Below the pieces are notes generated by a model. That model saw only the letters and a program-made list of their open reading frames with translations. It was not told where the DNA came from and made no database searches. Below are positions 8,647 to 17,210 of a stretch of 32,000 bases of DNA, piece by piece. Position 1 is the first letter of the stretch; every line of letters begins with the position of its first letter. Origin of the DNA: Erysipelotrichaceae bacterium (GTDB taxonomy: Bacteria > Bacillota_I > Bacilli_A > Erysipelotrichales > Erysipelotrichaceae); the NCBI GenBank assembly GCA_963676105.1, contig OY781039.1:510001-542000 (forward strand), in the 5' to 3' direction. The position numbers were made by a program, and so were the translations under genes.

Positions 8647-10335
8647 CTATTCTTCGTCGTCGTAGAAGTCTTCGTAATCCTCATAGTCGATTTCATCTTC
8701 CCAAGAATCATCTTCCATTTGAGCACGTTCGATTTCTTCTAATTCTTCATCAGAATATTCAATCTTAATTTCATATTCTTTATCTGTTTTAAGCTCACTT
8801 GGACGTAAACGTCTATCATCGTCATCAGATTTTTTCTTACGTTTAGGTTTTGCTTTTTCTTCGACAGGTTTATTGTCTGCAATGTCTTCTAATTTAGAAA
8901 CATAATCATGGTGAACTTCGACTGTCTTACGTGAACGTTTAATTTTCTTAAGCGTTTCAAGTTCATCATTTTGATCTTCGACACTTTCTTCAGTGACATC
9001 GTCTACTTTTGAAGATTCAACTTCTTCCTCATCATCAATGGTTGGAGCAGTAATAGCTTCTGTTGCTGGTTCACTAGTGACTTCTTCTGTTTTGTCTTCG
9101 AAGTACTCATCTTCTTCATCTTCATATTTAGAAGTGTAGTCTTCTTCTAGATTTGCATATTTAGCAGCGTTTTCAGCATCAATAATTGCTTGTTTTTCAC
9201 GTTCTTCTTGAAGTTTTCTCGCATTGTTTTCGATGATTTTTGCTTCTTGTTCTAAAGCAAATTGAGAAGCTTCATCCTTCCAATTACGGCCTTCTTCATC
9301 TAACTCTTGAGCAGATTTAATATCAATCTTTAATCCAGTTAAACGAACAGCTAAACGTGCATTCTTACCTTTTTTACCAATCGCTAAAGATAAATGGGAT
9401 TCATCAACGACAACCAATAATCCTTTTTTCTCTTCAGTTGGTAAAACAGCTAATACTTCTGCTGGTGATAAAGAATTTTTAATGAGGTCTATAACATTTT
9501 CACTCCATTCGAAAATATCAATCTTCTCACCTTTTAACTCTTCAATAACCACTTGAACACGTGAGCCACGAGGACCAATACATGCACCAATTGGATCAAC
9601 ATCATCGCGTTTAGAGAAGACTGCCATCTTTGTTCTTTCGCCAGATTCACGAGCGATAGCTTTAATTTCTACAATACCTTGGAAAATCTCAGGTACTTCT
9701 TTTTCAAATAAACGTTTTACGAGTTTCGCATCAGCACGTGATACTAATACTTGAGCACCCTTTGTATCTTTTGTGACTTCGGTAATAACTAAACGAATTT
9801 TTTGTCCTTCATGATACATTTCATTAGGAATTTGCGCAGCACGTGGCATCATTGCTAATGTTTTGCCTAAATTAACAACCACAAATTTATCTTCAACAGA
9901 TTCAATAATCCCAATAACCATTTCATCTAGTTTATCGATATACTCGTCATAAACAGCTTGTTTTTCAGCTTCACGAATTTTTTGTTTCATAACATTTTTA
10001 GCCAATAAAGCTGCTGCACGTCCTAGTTCATCAATGTTAACTTCAACGGCGTAGTGTTGACCAATTTCTAGTGGATTGTCTTTTAAACGCTCATCATTAA
10101 AAGCGATTTCAAGTTCATCGTCTTCAACTTCTTGAACCACTTCATATTCTTGATAAAGATGAACTTCACCATTATCTTCATTGATATCAACCCGTGCTAA
10201 AGCATCAGGAATATCAATATGTTTACGATATGCTTTTGTGAGGGCTTCTTTAAGTGCTTCAATTACAATTTCTTTTGTTAAGTTACGGTTGCCTTCAATG
10301 GCTTGCATTGCGGCTAAGAATTCTTTAAAGTTCAT
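8647..10335 (-). CDS. nusA: Transcription termination/antitermination factor NusA with a long acidic C-terminal extension
   Basis: N-terminal domain, S1 and two KH domains (GACIGPRGSRVQ ... LAIGKKGKNARLA) occupy roughly the first 350 aa. The remaining ~210 aa are D/E-rich low complexity with one basic patch (KAKPKRKKK). Confidence 0.93.
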   Translation of the reverse strand: MNFKEFLAAMQAIEGNRNLTKEIVIEALKEALTKAYRKHIDIPDALARVDINEDNGEVHLYQEYEVVQEVEDDELEIAFNDERLKDNPLEIGQHYAVEVNIDELGRAAALLAKNVMKQKIREAEKQAVYDEYIDKLDEMVIGIIESVEDKFVVVNLGKTLAMMPRAAQIPNEMYHEGQKIRLVITEVTKDTKGAQVLVSRADAKLVKRLFEKEVPEIFQGIVEIKAIARESGERTKMAVFSKRDDVDPIGACIGPRGSRVQVVIEELKGEKIDIFEWSENVIDLIKNSLSPAEVLAVLPTEEKKGLLVVVDESHLSLAIGKKGKNARLAVRLTGLKIDIKSAQELDEEGRNWKDEASQFALEQEAKIIENNARKLQEEREKQAIIDAENAAKYANLEEDYTSKYEDEEDEYFEDKTEEVTSEPATEAITAPTIDDEEEVESSKVDDVTEESVEDQNDELETLKKIKRSRKTVEVHHDYVSKLEDIADNKPVEEKAKPKRKKKSDDDDRRLRPSELKTDKEYEIKIEYSDEELEEIERAQMEDDSWEDEIDYEDYEDFYDDEE

Positions 10336-10347
10336 AGTTTCTCTTCC

Positions 10348-10812
10348 TTATAATACGACCGCTAAGCGGATCTTCACAATATTACTGTACTCAAAGTCTA
10401 AGACTTTTGTACGTGATTTAATACGGACTTCTATCTGTCCTTTTTCACCATCGAAATTTAGTAGTTTACCTGTCCATTCTAGGGACTTATTAACGGGGTG
10501 TAAAAACAAAACATAGATATGTTTGTCAACGGCTGTTTTAAGTTCTTCAGCAGAATTTAAAGGTCTTTCAGCTCCAGGTGAGCAAACCTCTAAGGTGTAA
10601 TTTTCAACATCACTTAACCATTCATCTAAATGTGGACTAATATCTTGTGAGACTGATGTACAGGTTTCTAAGTCCATCGTACCACTAAGTGTCATAATCG
10701 ACATTTGTAGAATTCGTGACTTCCCTTCCTGTAACCATTTCAGTTCACTCAGAAGTAAAGCACGTTTCTGTAAGTAATTTTTTACTAAATCTTCTAATTG
10801 CTTTTGTTCCAT
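10348..10812 (-). CDS. rimP: Ribosome maturation factor RimP
   Basis: 154 aa with the LEVCSPGAERPL motif. First gene of the rimP-nusA-infB cluster. Confidence 0.88.
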   Translation of the reverse strand: MEQKQLEDLVKNYLQKRALLLSELKWLQEGKSRILQMSIMTLSGTMDLETCTSVSQDISPHLDEWLSDVENYTLEVCSPGAERPLNSAEELKTAVDKHIYVLFLHPVNKSLEWTGKLLNFDGEKGQIEVRIKSRTKVLDFEYSNIVKIRLAVVL

Positions 10813-10835
10813 TTAAATCCTCTTAGACAAATTAG

Positions 10836-10857
10836 AAGGAGTGGCGAACCACTCCTT
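10836..10857 (-). promoter_or_regulatory. Stable 5'-UTR stem-loop (9 bp, UUCG tetraloop); candidate attenuator and polC terminator
   Basis: Minus-strand RNA AAGGAGUGG-UUCG-CCACUCCUU followed by CUAAUUUG. It lies between the predicted rimP promoter and the rimP SD (AGAGGA). Confidence 0.6.
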
Positions 10858-10873
10858 GTTTACTATCATGTGT

Positions 10874-10902
10874 ATTATAGACAAATGTAAATACAATTTC
10901 AA
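10874..10902 (-). promoter_or_regulatory. Sigma-A-type promoter of the rimP-nusA-infB operon
   Basis: TTGAAA (10897-10902), a 17-nt spacer, then TATAAT (10874-10879). It starts 2 nt after the polC stop codon. Confidence 0.55.
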
Positions 10903-10904
10903 GT

Positions 10905-13900
10905 CTAAAACAAACTCAACTGATTTTCATCATCCAAATGATCTAATATGCCAATACGCTCAAATTGTTTAATGTGCGTATTATTTAAGGTTGTACGGGT
11001 CTGTAAATCCTCTTTAGATAAGAAGTCTCTTTCTTCACGAGCTTCAATAACCGTTTTCGCAACGTTAGCGCCTAGTCCATCCAAAATACTAAATGGTGGG
11101 ATGAGAGCTTTCTCATCTGTTGGATGTAATCGATATTCAGTTGCGAGTGATAGATTTAAGTCTAGTTTCGCAAAATGATAACCTCGTAATACCATTTCAT
11201 AAGCGACTTCTAAACTACTAATGAGTTCTTCTTCTTTTTTACTTACACTAGATTTCAGTTTTTGATCATTTTGACGATGTTGAATATCACGTAAGCGTTC
11301 CATAATCTTCTCTTTACCAGCTACAATGGTTTCATACTCATTAGTATTCGTACGTAAAGTAAAGAATGTAGCGTAGTAAACTAGTGGCATATGGACTTTA
11401 AACCAAGCAACACGTACAGCCATTAAGACATAAGCAACCGCATGTGCTTTTGGGAACATATACTTGATTTTAAGACAAGAATGAATATACCACTCAGGCA
11501 CATCATAATCTGCCATAAGTTTTTTCCACTCATCTTTTAGACCACGACCCTTACGAACAGATTCCATAATATCGAAAGCTGACTTAGCAGGTAACCCTTT
11601 ATGAATAAGATAAACCATAATATCATCACGACATCCAATAACATCTCTAAATGGATAACCCTCTTCAACTAAATCTTTTGCGTTATTCAACCAAACATCT
11701 GTTCCATGAGATAAGCCAGATATACGTACTAAATCTGAGAAATTCTCAGGTTTTGTACTTGATAACATTCCTCTAACAAAATTAGTCCCAAATTCTGGTA
11801 GACCAGCGGCACCAGTAAGTTCTGGATAAGCAGGATCCATAATGTTTAAACCATTGATACTCGAGAAGACTTGAGTCGCAGTTTTATCATTCATGCGAAT
11901 CGTTCTAACATCTTTTCCTGATAATCTTTCCAACATTTTCATAGCTGTTGGATCAACATGCCCTAAAATATCAAGTTTTAAAACATTATCGTGAATATCA
12001 TGGAATTCAAAATGTGTTGTTAACCATGATGAACTCTTTTTATTGGCAGGAAATTGAACAGGTGTAAAGTCATAAACATCCATATCTTGAGGGATAACAA
12101 TAATGCCCCCAGGATGTTGTCCAGTTGTACGTTTAGTTCCTTCACAACCTTTAGAAAGAAACGTCATATATGCTTGTCGAGGTTGATCTTCAATTCCCAT
12201 TTCTTCAAAATAACCACGGGCATAACCATAGGCTGTTTTTTGCGCAACCGTTGATATGGTTCCAGCACGATAAACATGTTCTTCACCAAATAAAACTTTG
12301 GTATAAGCATGTGCTTTTTCTTGATAATCGCCAGAGAAATTTAAATCAATATCCGGGACCTTATCCCCTTCAAAACCTAAGAAAGTTTCAAATGGTATGT
12401 CATGTCCATCGACATTCATAAGGGTTGTACACTTTGGACAGTTTTTATCAGGTAAGTCAAATCCACTATCATAAGAACCATCACTAATAAACTCAGAATG
12501 TTGACAATTTGGGCAGACATAATGAGGAGGTAATGGGTTAACTTCAGTAATATTAGACAAAGTCGCAACTAAAGAAGAACCAACTGAACCACGTGAACCA
12601 ACCATGTAACCATCTTCATGTGATTTTTTAACCAATAAATGAGCAATATAGTAAATAACCCCAAACCCGTGTTTCATAATGGAATTGAGTTCTTTTTCTA
12701 TTCTTTCTAATACATTTTCAGGGATTGGATCTCCATAAATAGCCTTTGCGTTTTTATAGACTTCATCTCTAAGTTTTTCATCAGCGCCATCAATACTTGG
12801 AGTATATAAATCTTTTTTAACCGGTTTAAGTACTTCAATTTGATTAAAAATTTGACGTGGTGTATGAATAACCAAGTGTGCTGCCACTTGTGGATCTAAG
12901 AATGAAAAAGCTTCTAACATTTCAGATGTGGTTTTGAAATGTTGATTTGGTGAAGTCGTTCTTTTTCTTTTTTCTGCATTGTAAATATACAAAGGATGTC
13001 GTGAAGCACCCACAGCTTTAGCTTGAATATAGACATCTCTGAAGATTTTATCCTTAGGATGTAGATAATGCGTATCCCCTGTTGCGACAACTGGTATTTT
13101 TAATTTTAGTGCTGTTTCAACAATTCTTTGTATCATTGCCTGTAAATCTTTTAAAGACGCAATACTTTGACGATCAAGTAAAGGTTTATAGTTATCAGGT
13201 GTTTGAACTTCAATGTAATCATAGAAAGGCATTGCTTTTTCTAAGTCATCTTGTGTTCCTGTTAAAGCTAGATCAAAAATTTCACCATTTAAACAGGAAC
13301 TACCTAAAAGTAAATTTGAACGTCTTTTTTCTAAATCTTCTCTTTTTAATCGTGCTTCATTATTATTATCATCTTTACCATTTCCAACCATACTATCGGT
13401 ATGAGCAATAGAAACGAGTTTAAAAATATCTTTTAAACCTACCGCATCTTTGGCTATTGCAGTCACATGATATTTCATCAATTTTCTGTGTCCTGCATCA
13501 ACGCCAATTTGATAGAGTTCTTTTAGATTAAGTTCTCTTAGCTCATCAGTATTAATCCATTTTTGGAAAATACCAAATAAAACCTCTGCATCATAATCAG
13601 CACGATGGGCAACTCCATCGTCATAAGCAATTTTATAGTGCTTTGCGATTGCACCTAAACGATAGGACCGTTTAGATTCAATCATTGCCTTTGCTAAATC
13701 TAAAGTGTCAATAACAGGATTAGTTAAAGCTTCATAACCATGACGAATCATCGCTTGATTGATAAATCCACTATCAAAGGATGCATTATGGGCAACTAGT
13801 ACATCATCACCGATAAAGTCTTTCCATTTTTCAATACAAACTTCTTCAGTCTCGGCATGATTAACCATATCTTGAGTGATATTAGTCAATTTAGTTGTAA

Positions 13901-15218
13901 AAGCTGATAATTCTCTTTTAGGATTCACAAACATCTGCATACGATCAATGATCATCCCTTGAGATAACTTAATGGCACCAAATTCAATAATGCGATCATT
14001 TTCCTTAGATAAGCCTGTCGTTTCTAAGTCAAAAATGATATAAGTAGATTCTTTAAGTAATCTATCATCAGCATTATAAACAATTTCTAAGTGATTGTTA
14101 GAAACATCAAATTCAACCCCATAACCCATCTTAAATTGACGTTGGGGGTTTTTCTTAAGCAAATTTTCAATTGTTCTTTGCGCTTTAGGATACGATTGAA
14201 CATTGTTGTGATCAGTAATCGTAAACCCTTCATGTCCCCATTTAAAAGCTTGTTCAATATAAGATTCTATACTTGCGACACCATCCATCTCAGACATATT
14301 TGAATGGGCATGTAATTCAATACGTTTAACTTGCGCATCATCAGTTCGCGCAAATATATCCGCAATTTGTTTAACTTCTTTAGCACTAATTTGAATATCT
14401 TTGCCATAGTTATCGTAAACAATATCACCATAGACTTCGATACTCATTCCTTCATGAAGTTGAGAGTATTTTAATTTCTCATCTTCACGATCTAAAAAGC
14501 GGACAAAACTTATCGCATCTGTACCATCATAGATAGAGAACGTTTTAAGTAGTCTAGTATTTTGAGAAATCCAACGATCTTCAATTAAAAAGATTTCACC
14601 TTGAATTTTGACATTTTTCTGCCCTACCTGGATAGAGTCTAGAGTAACCAATTCATAATCATCATATTTCAAGCGTGTTTTCTTAACTTGAGTTTGATTA
14701 AAACTTGTTTCAGTTGGAGAAACTTCACGTGCTTTGCTTTCAATAACGATTTCTTTTTCTTCTTTTAATGCAGCTTCACATTTTATTGAAATACCAACTT
14801 TTTTTAAGCTTTGAGATATTTTATTTAATAACGTTGTATCTGAATCATTAAGTGGGAGTGAATCAACAATAAATTTTAAAATATTCTCATCAAATAAAGT
14901 TAAAGTATTCGCATGAATCGTCTCGCTTGATTCTTCTTTTAAGAAAGCTTTGACATAAAAATGTATGTCTTTTGATTCTAAGTTTTGTTCAGTTGCGATG
15001 ATATTGAGTTCAACATCCATCTTTAATTGTTTGTGTAAAGCCTTTTTAAGCCTTGTATACACTGAAAAAGGTAAAGTCTGTAAAAGATATAGACTTAAAA
15101 TAACACGTTGTTCATCGCGTTTAAATTGTGATGTAAAAGTTGCTTTATTAAAATAAACTTGATCAAGTAGATCAAGTTTGAGTTTTTTTAAAATATCATC
15201 AAACGAAACAGCTTTCAC
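10905..15218 (-). CDS. polC: DNA polymerase III PolC-type alpha subunit
   Basis: 1437 aa with a PHP domain, an internal DEDD exonuclease (FDLETTG ... HNASFD ... HRADYDA), a Zn-finger (CPNC ... CPKC) and the polymerase core. GTG start at 15216-15218 with a GGAG SD. Confidence 0.95.
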   Translation of the reverse strand: MKAVSFDDILKKLKLDLLDQVYFNKATFTSQFKRDEQRVILSLYLLQTLPFSVYTRLKKALHKQLKMDVELNIIATEQNLESKDIHFYVKAFLKEESSETIHANTLTLFDENILKFIVDSLPLNDSDTTLLNKISQSLKKVGISIKCEAALKEEKEIVIESKAREVSPTETSFNQTQVKKTRLKYDDYELVTLDSIQVGQKNVKIQGEIFLIEDRWISQNTRLLKTFSIYDGTDAISFVRFLDREDEKLKYSQLHEGMSIEVYGDIVYDNYGKDIQISAKEVKQIADIFARTDDAQVKRIELHAHSNMSEMDGVASIESYIEQAFKWGHEGFTITDHNNVQSYPKAQRTIENLLKKNPQRQFKMGYGVEFDVSNNHLEIVYNADDRLLKESTYIIFDLETTGLSKENDRIIEFGAIKLSQGMIIDRMQMFVNPKRELSAFTTKLTNITQDMVNHAETEEVCIEKWKDFIGDDVLVAHNASFDSGFINQAMIRHGYEALTNPVIDTLDLAKAMIESKRSYRLGAIAKHYKIAYDDGVAHRADYDAEVLFGIFQKWINTDELRELNLKELYQIGVDAGHRKLMKYHVTAIAKDAVGLKDIFKLVSIAHTDSMVGNGKDDNNNEARLKREDLEKRRSNLLLGSSCLNGEIFDLALTGTQDDLEKAMPFYDYIEVQTPDNYKPLLDRQSIASLKDLQAMIQRIVETALKLKIPVVATGDTHYLHPKDKIFRDVYIQAKAVGASRHPLYIYNAEKRKRTTSPNQHFKTTSEMLEAFSFLDPQVAAHLVIHTPRQIFNQIEVLKPVKKDLYTPSIDGADEKLRDEVYKNAKAIYGDPIPENVLERIEKELNSIMKHGFGVIYYIAHLLVKKSHEDGYMVGSRGSVGSSLVATLSNITEVNPLPPHYVCPNCQHSEFISDGSYDSGFDLPDKNCPKCTTLMNVDGHDIPFETFLGFEGDKVPDIDLNFSGDYQEKAHAYTKVLFGEEHVYRAGTISTVAQKTAYGYARGYFEEMGIEDQPRQAYMTFLSKGCEGTKRTTGQHPGGIIVIPQDMDVYDFTPVQFPANKKSSSWLTTHFEFHDIHDNVLKLDILGHVDPTAMKMLERLSGKDVRTIRMNDKTATQVFSSINGLNIMDPAYPELTGAAGLPEFGTNFVRGMLSSTKPENFSDLVRISGLSHGTDVWLNNAKDLVEEGYPFRDVIGCRDDIMVYLIHKGLPAKSAFDIMESVRKGRGLKDEWKKLMADYDVPEWYIHSCLKIKYMFPKAHAVAYVLMAVRVAWFKVHMPLVYYATFFTLRTNTNEYETIVAGKEKIMERLRDIQHRQNDQKLKSSVSKKEEELISSLEVAYEMVLRGYHFAKLDLNLSLATEYRLHPTDEKALIPPFSILDGLGANVAKTVIEAREERDFLSKEDLQTRTTLNNTHIKQFERIGILDHLDDENQLSLF

Positions 15219-16505
15219 TTAGACTCCTAACGCTTCACAAATTTTTTGTGCAGCCAATTTACCACCTGATAGTGCATGAATAACGGTTTTAGTACCGGTT
15301 ACACCATCCCCTGCTGCATAAACTCCTTTTAGAGTTGTTTCATAATTTTCATCAACGATAATTTGATCTTTATCATCAATTTCTAAACCATCAAATTGTA
15401 CTGGACGAACTTTTGATCCAATCGCCATGACAAATAAATCAGCACTAATCTTTTCAACTTCATCAGTTGTTTCTATTAAACCACGTGGGTGGTCTTCATT
15501 TTGAATGAGTTGTGTTTTATAGGTATGAACCACTAAGCCATTATCTGTTTCTTCAATTTCAAATGGATCACGTAATTCATGGAAATTAACTTCTAAATGC
15601 TGAGCTTCTTTAACTTCAGCAGGTCGCGCAGGCATATTCTCAATATTACGACGATAGACAACATGAGTATCCATTCCAAATTTAGCAGCAGAAATCGCCA
15701 CATCCATCGCCACATTACCACCGCCCATAACGACAACTGATTTGAAATGCGCAAAATGTTCCTTAAAGGGTTCTTCACCAATATTTAATAGACCTAAGAA
15801 AGTTTTCCAACCAATAACATTGGCACTTTCATAGCCCTTAATATTTGATTTATTTTGTTTAGATGCACCAATTCCTAAGAATACGGCATCATATCCACGA
15901 TCAAGTAGATCTTCATAGGACTCATCATCAACGATTAAATGAGATGTTTTAAAATTAACGCCTAATTTTTCTAAACGCTCAATTCTGTGATTAACGACAT
16001 CATTTGGTAGACGATAGGGAGGAATCCCAAATTTAAGCACACCACCCACAAAGGTTTTACGCTCATAGACATCTACATCAACACCATTTTCTATCATATG
16101 TTGAGCACAGGCTAAACCAGCAGGCCCTGAACCAATAACGGCTATGCGTTTACCAGTTTTAGGCGCATCAACTTTCTTCGATTCATAATGATCACCAATA
16201 AAACGTTCAATTAAACCAATTTTAACGGGTGCGTTTTGAGCCTGTCTAACACATTTAAGTTCACATTGAATATCTTGATAACAAACACGTCCACAGATTT
16301 CTGGGAATGATGTTTTGCTTTCTGAGATAGCTTTCGCATCTTCACCACGACCTTCTAAAAAGGCAATAATCATATTTGGTATATCATTATGTGCTACACA
16401 ACCATCTTGACATGGTTTATGACGACAATTTAAACAACGTTGAGCTTCCTCAATCGCTTGTTCATAAGTCAAACCTTCAAACTCTTGGTAGATTTCTTTA
16501 CTCAT
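15219..16505 (-). CDS. GltD-like NAD(P)H-dependent Fe-S flavoprotein oxidoreductase (glutamate synthase small-subunit family)
   Basis: 428 aa. N-terminal Cys clusters (CLNCRHKPCQDGC; CGRVCYQDIQCELKC), two Rossmann motifs (GSGPAGLA; GGGNVAMD) and a C-terminal AAGD motif. No large-subunit or SudB/PyrK-like partner is present in this window. Confidence 0.8.
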   Translation of the reverse strand: MSKEIYQEFEGLTYEQAIEEAQRCLNCRHKPCQDGCVAHNDIPNMIIAFLEGRGEDAKAISESKTSFPEICGRVCYQDIQCELKCVRQAQNAPVKIGLIERFIGDHYESKKVDAPKTGKRIAVIGSGPAGLACAQHMIENGVDVDVYERKTFVGGVLKFGIPPYRLPNDVVNHRIERLEKLGVNFKTSHLIVDDESYEDLLDRGYDAVFLGIGASKQNKSNIKGYESANVIGWKTFLGLLNIGEEPFKEHFAHFKSVVVMGGGNVAMDVAISAAKFGMDTHVVYRRNIENMPARPAEVKEAQHLEVNFHELRDPFEIEETDNGLVVHTYKTQLIQNEDHPRGLIETTDEVEKISADLFVMAIGSKVRPVQFDGLEIDDKDQIIVDENYETTLKGVYAAGDGVTGTKTVIHALSGGKLAAQKICEALGV

Positions 16506-17200
16506 TTTACTAATTTCTTAAGGGCAACCTCAGCAGCAGCTTGCTCTGCTCTTTTTTTTGAGCTCCCTTTTCCCTTTCCATAAATCATATCGTCGATTTT
16601 AACAGCCATTTCAAATTCTCTTGCATTCGCAGGACCTTCCATTGAAAGTAAGACATATTCAATGGTACGACGATTATCAGCTTGCACATATTCTTGTAGT
16701 TGTGTTTTAAAGTCTTGATTCTCTTTAAACTGTGAGAATCGACTTGGATCTTTAAAGATTTCTTTTAATAAAGGATCGACTATTTCAATCCCTGCTTCTA
16801 AGTATAAAGCACCAATAACAGCTTCAAAACAATCGGCAAGTGTAGATGCACGTGTATTACCGTGATCTAAAAGTTCCCCTTTACCCAATTTTATGACTTT
16901 ATCGAGTTCTAAATCTTTTGCGCATATCGCCAATGATTCTTCACAAACCATTTGCGCTCTAAGTTTAGTCATATCGCCTTCATGCATTTTTGGTTTTTGA
17001 GTAAACAAAAACTCTGCACTCCATAATTGAAGAACCGCATCACCCATAAATTCTAAACGTTGATTATCTACATGAACTGTTTTTTTATGTTCATGACGAT
17101 AGGAACGATGCGTAAATGCTTCTTCAATTAAATCAGTGTTAGATAATTGAAATTGATACTTATTTAACCACTCTAAAATAGTCATAGCATTATTATACAT
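16502..17200 (-). CDS. rnc: Ribonuclease III
   Basis: Signature FTHRSY ... ERLEFMGDAV, with a C-terminal dsRBD (KTQLQEY ... GSSKKRAEQAAAEVAL). Its stop overlaps the next start as ATGA. Confidence 0.93.
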   Translation of the reverse strand: MYNNAMTILEWLNKYQFQLSNTDLIEEAFTHRSYRHEHKKTVHVDNQRLEFMGDAVLQLWSAEFLFTQKPKMHEGDMTKLRAQMVCEESLAICAKDLELDKVIKLGKGELLDHGNTRASTLADCFEAVIGALYLEAGIEIVDPLLKEIFKDPSRFSQFKENQDFKTQLQEYVQADNRRTIEYVLLSMEGPANAREFEMAVKIDDMIYGKGKGSSKKRAEQAAAEVALKKLVK

Positions 17201-17210
17201 GAGATAGTGA

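Noticed and set aside
10905-15218. Checked polC, recG and infB for inteins, frameshifts or inserted domains.
   Set aside because: Their lengths and motif order are standard for the families, and the reading frames are continuous.
15593-15781. 62-aa same-strand ORF nested out of frame in the GltD-like gene. A similar case is the 73-aa ORF at 26802-27023 inside obg.
   Set aside because: Both are alternative-frame artefacts inside genes whose primary frames carry clear family motifs. Neither has an independent start signal.
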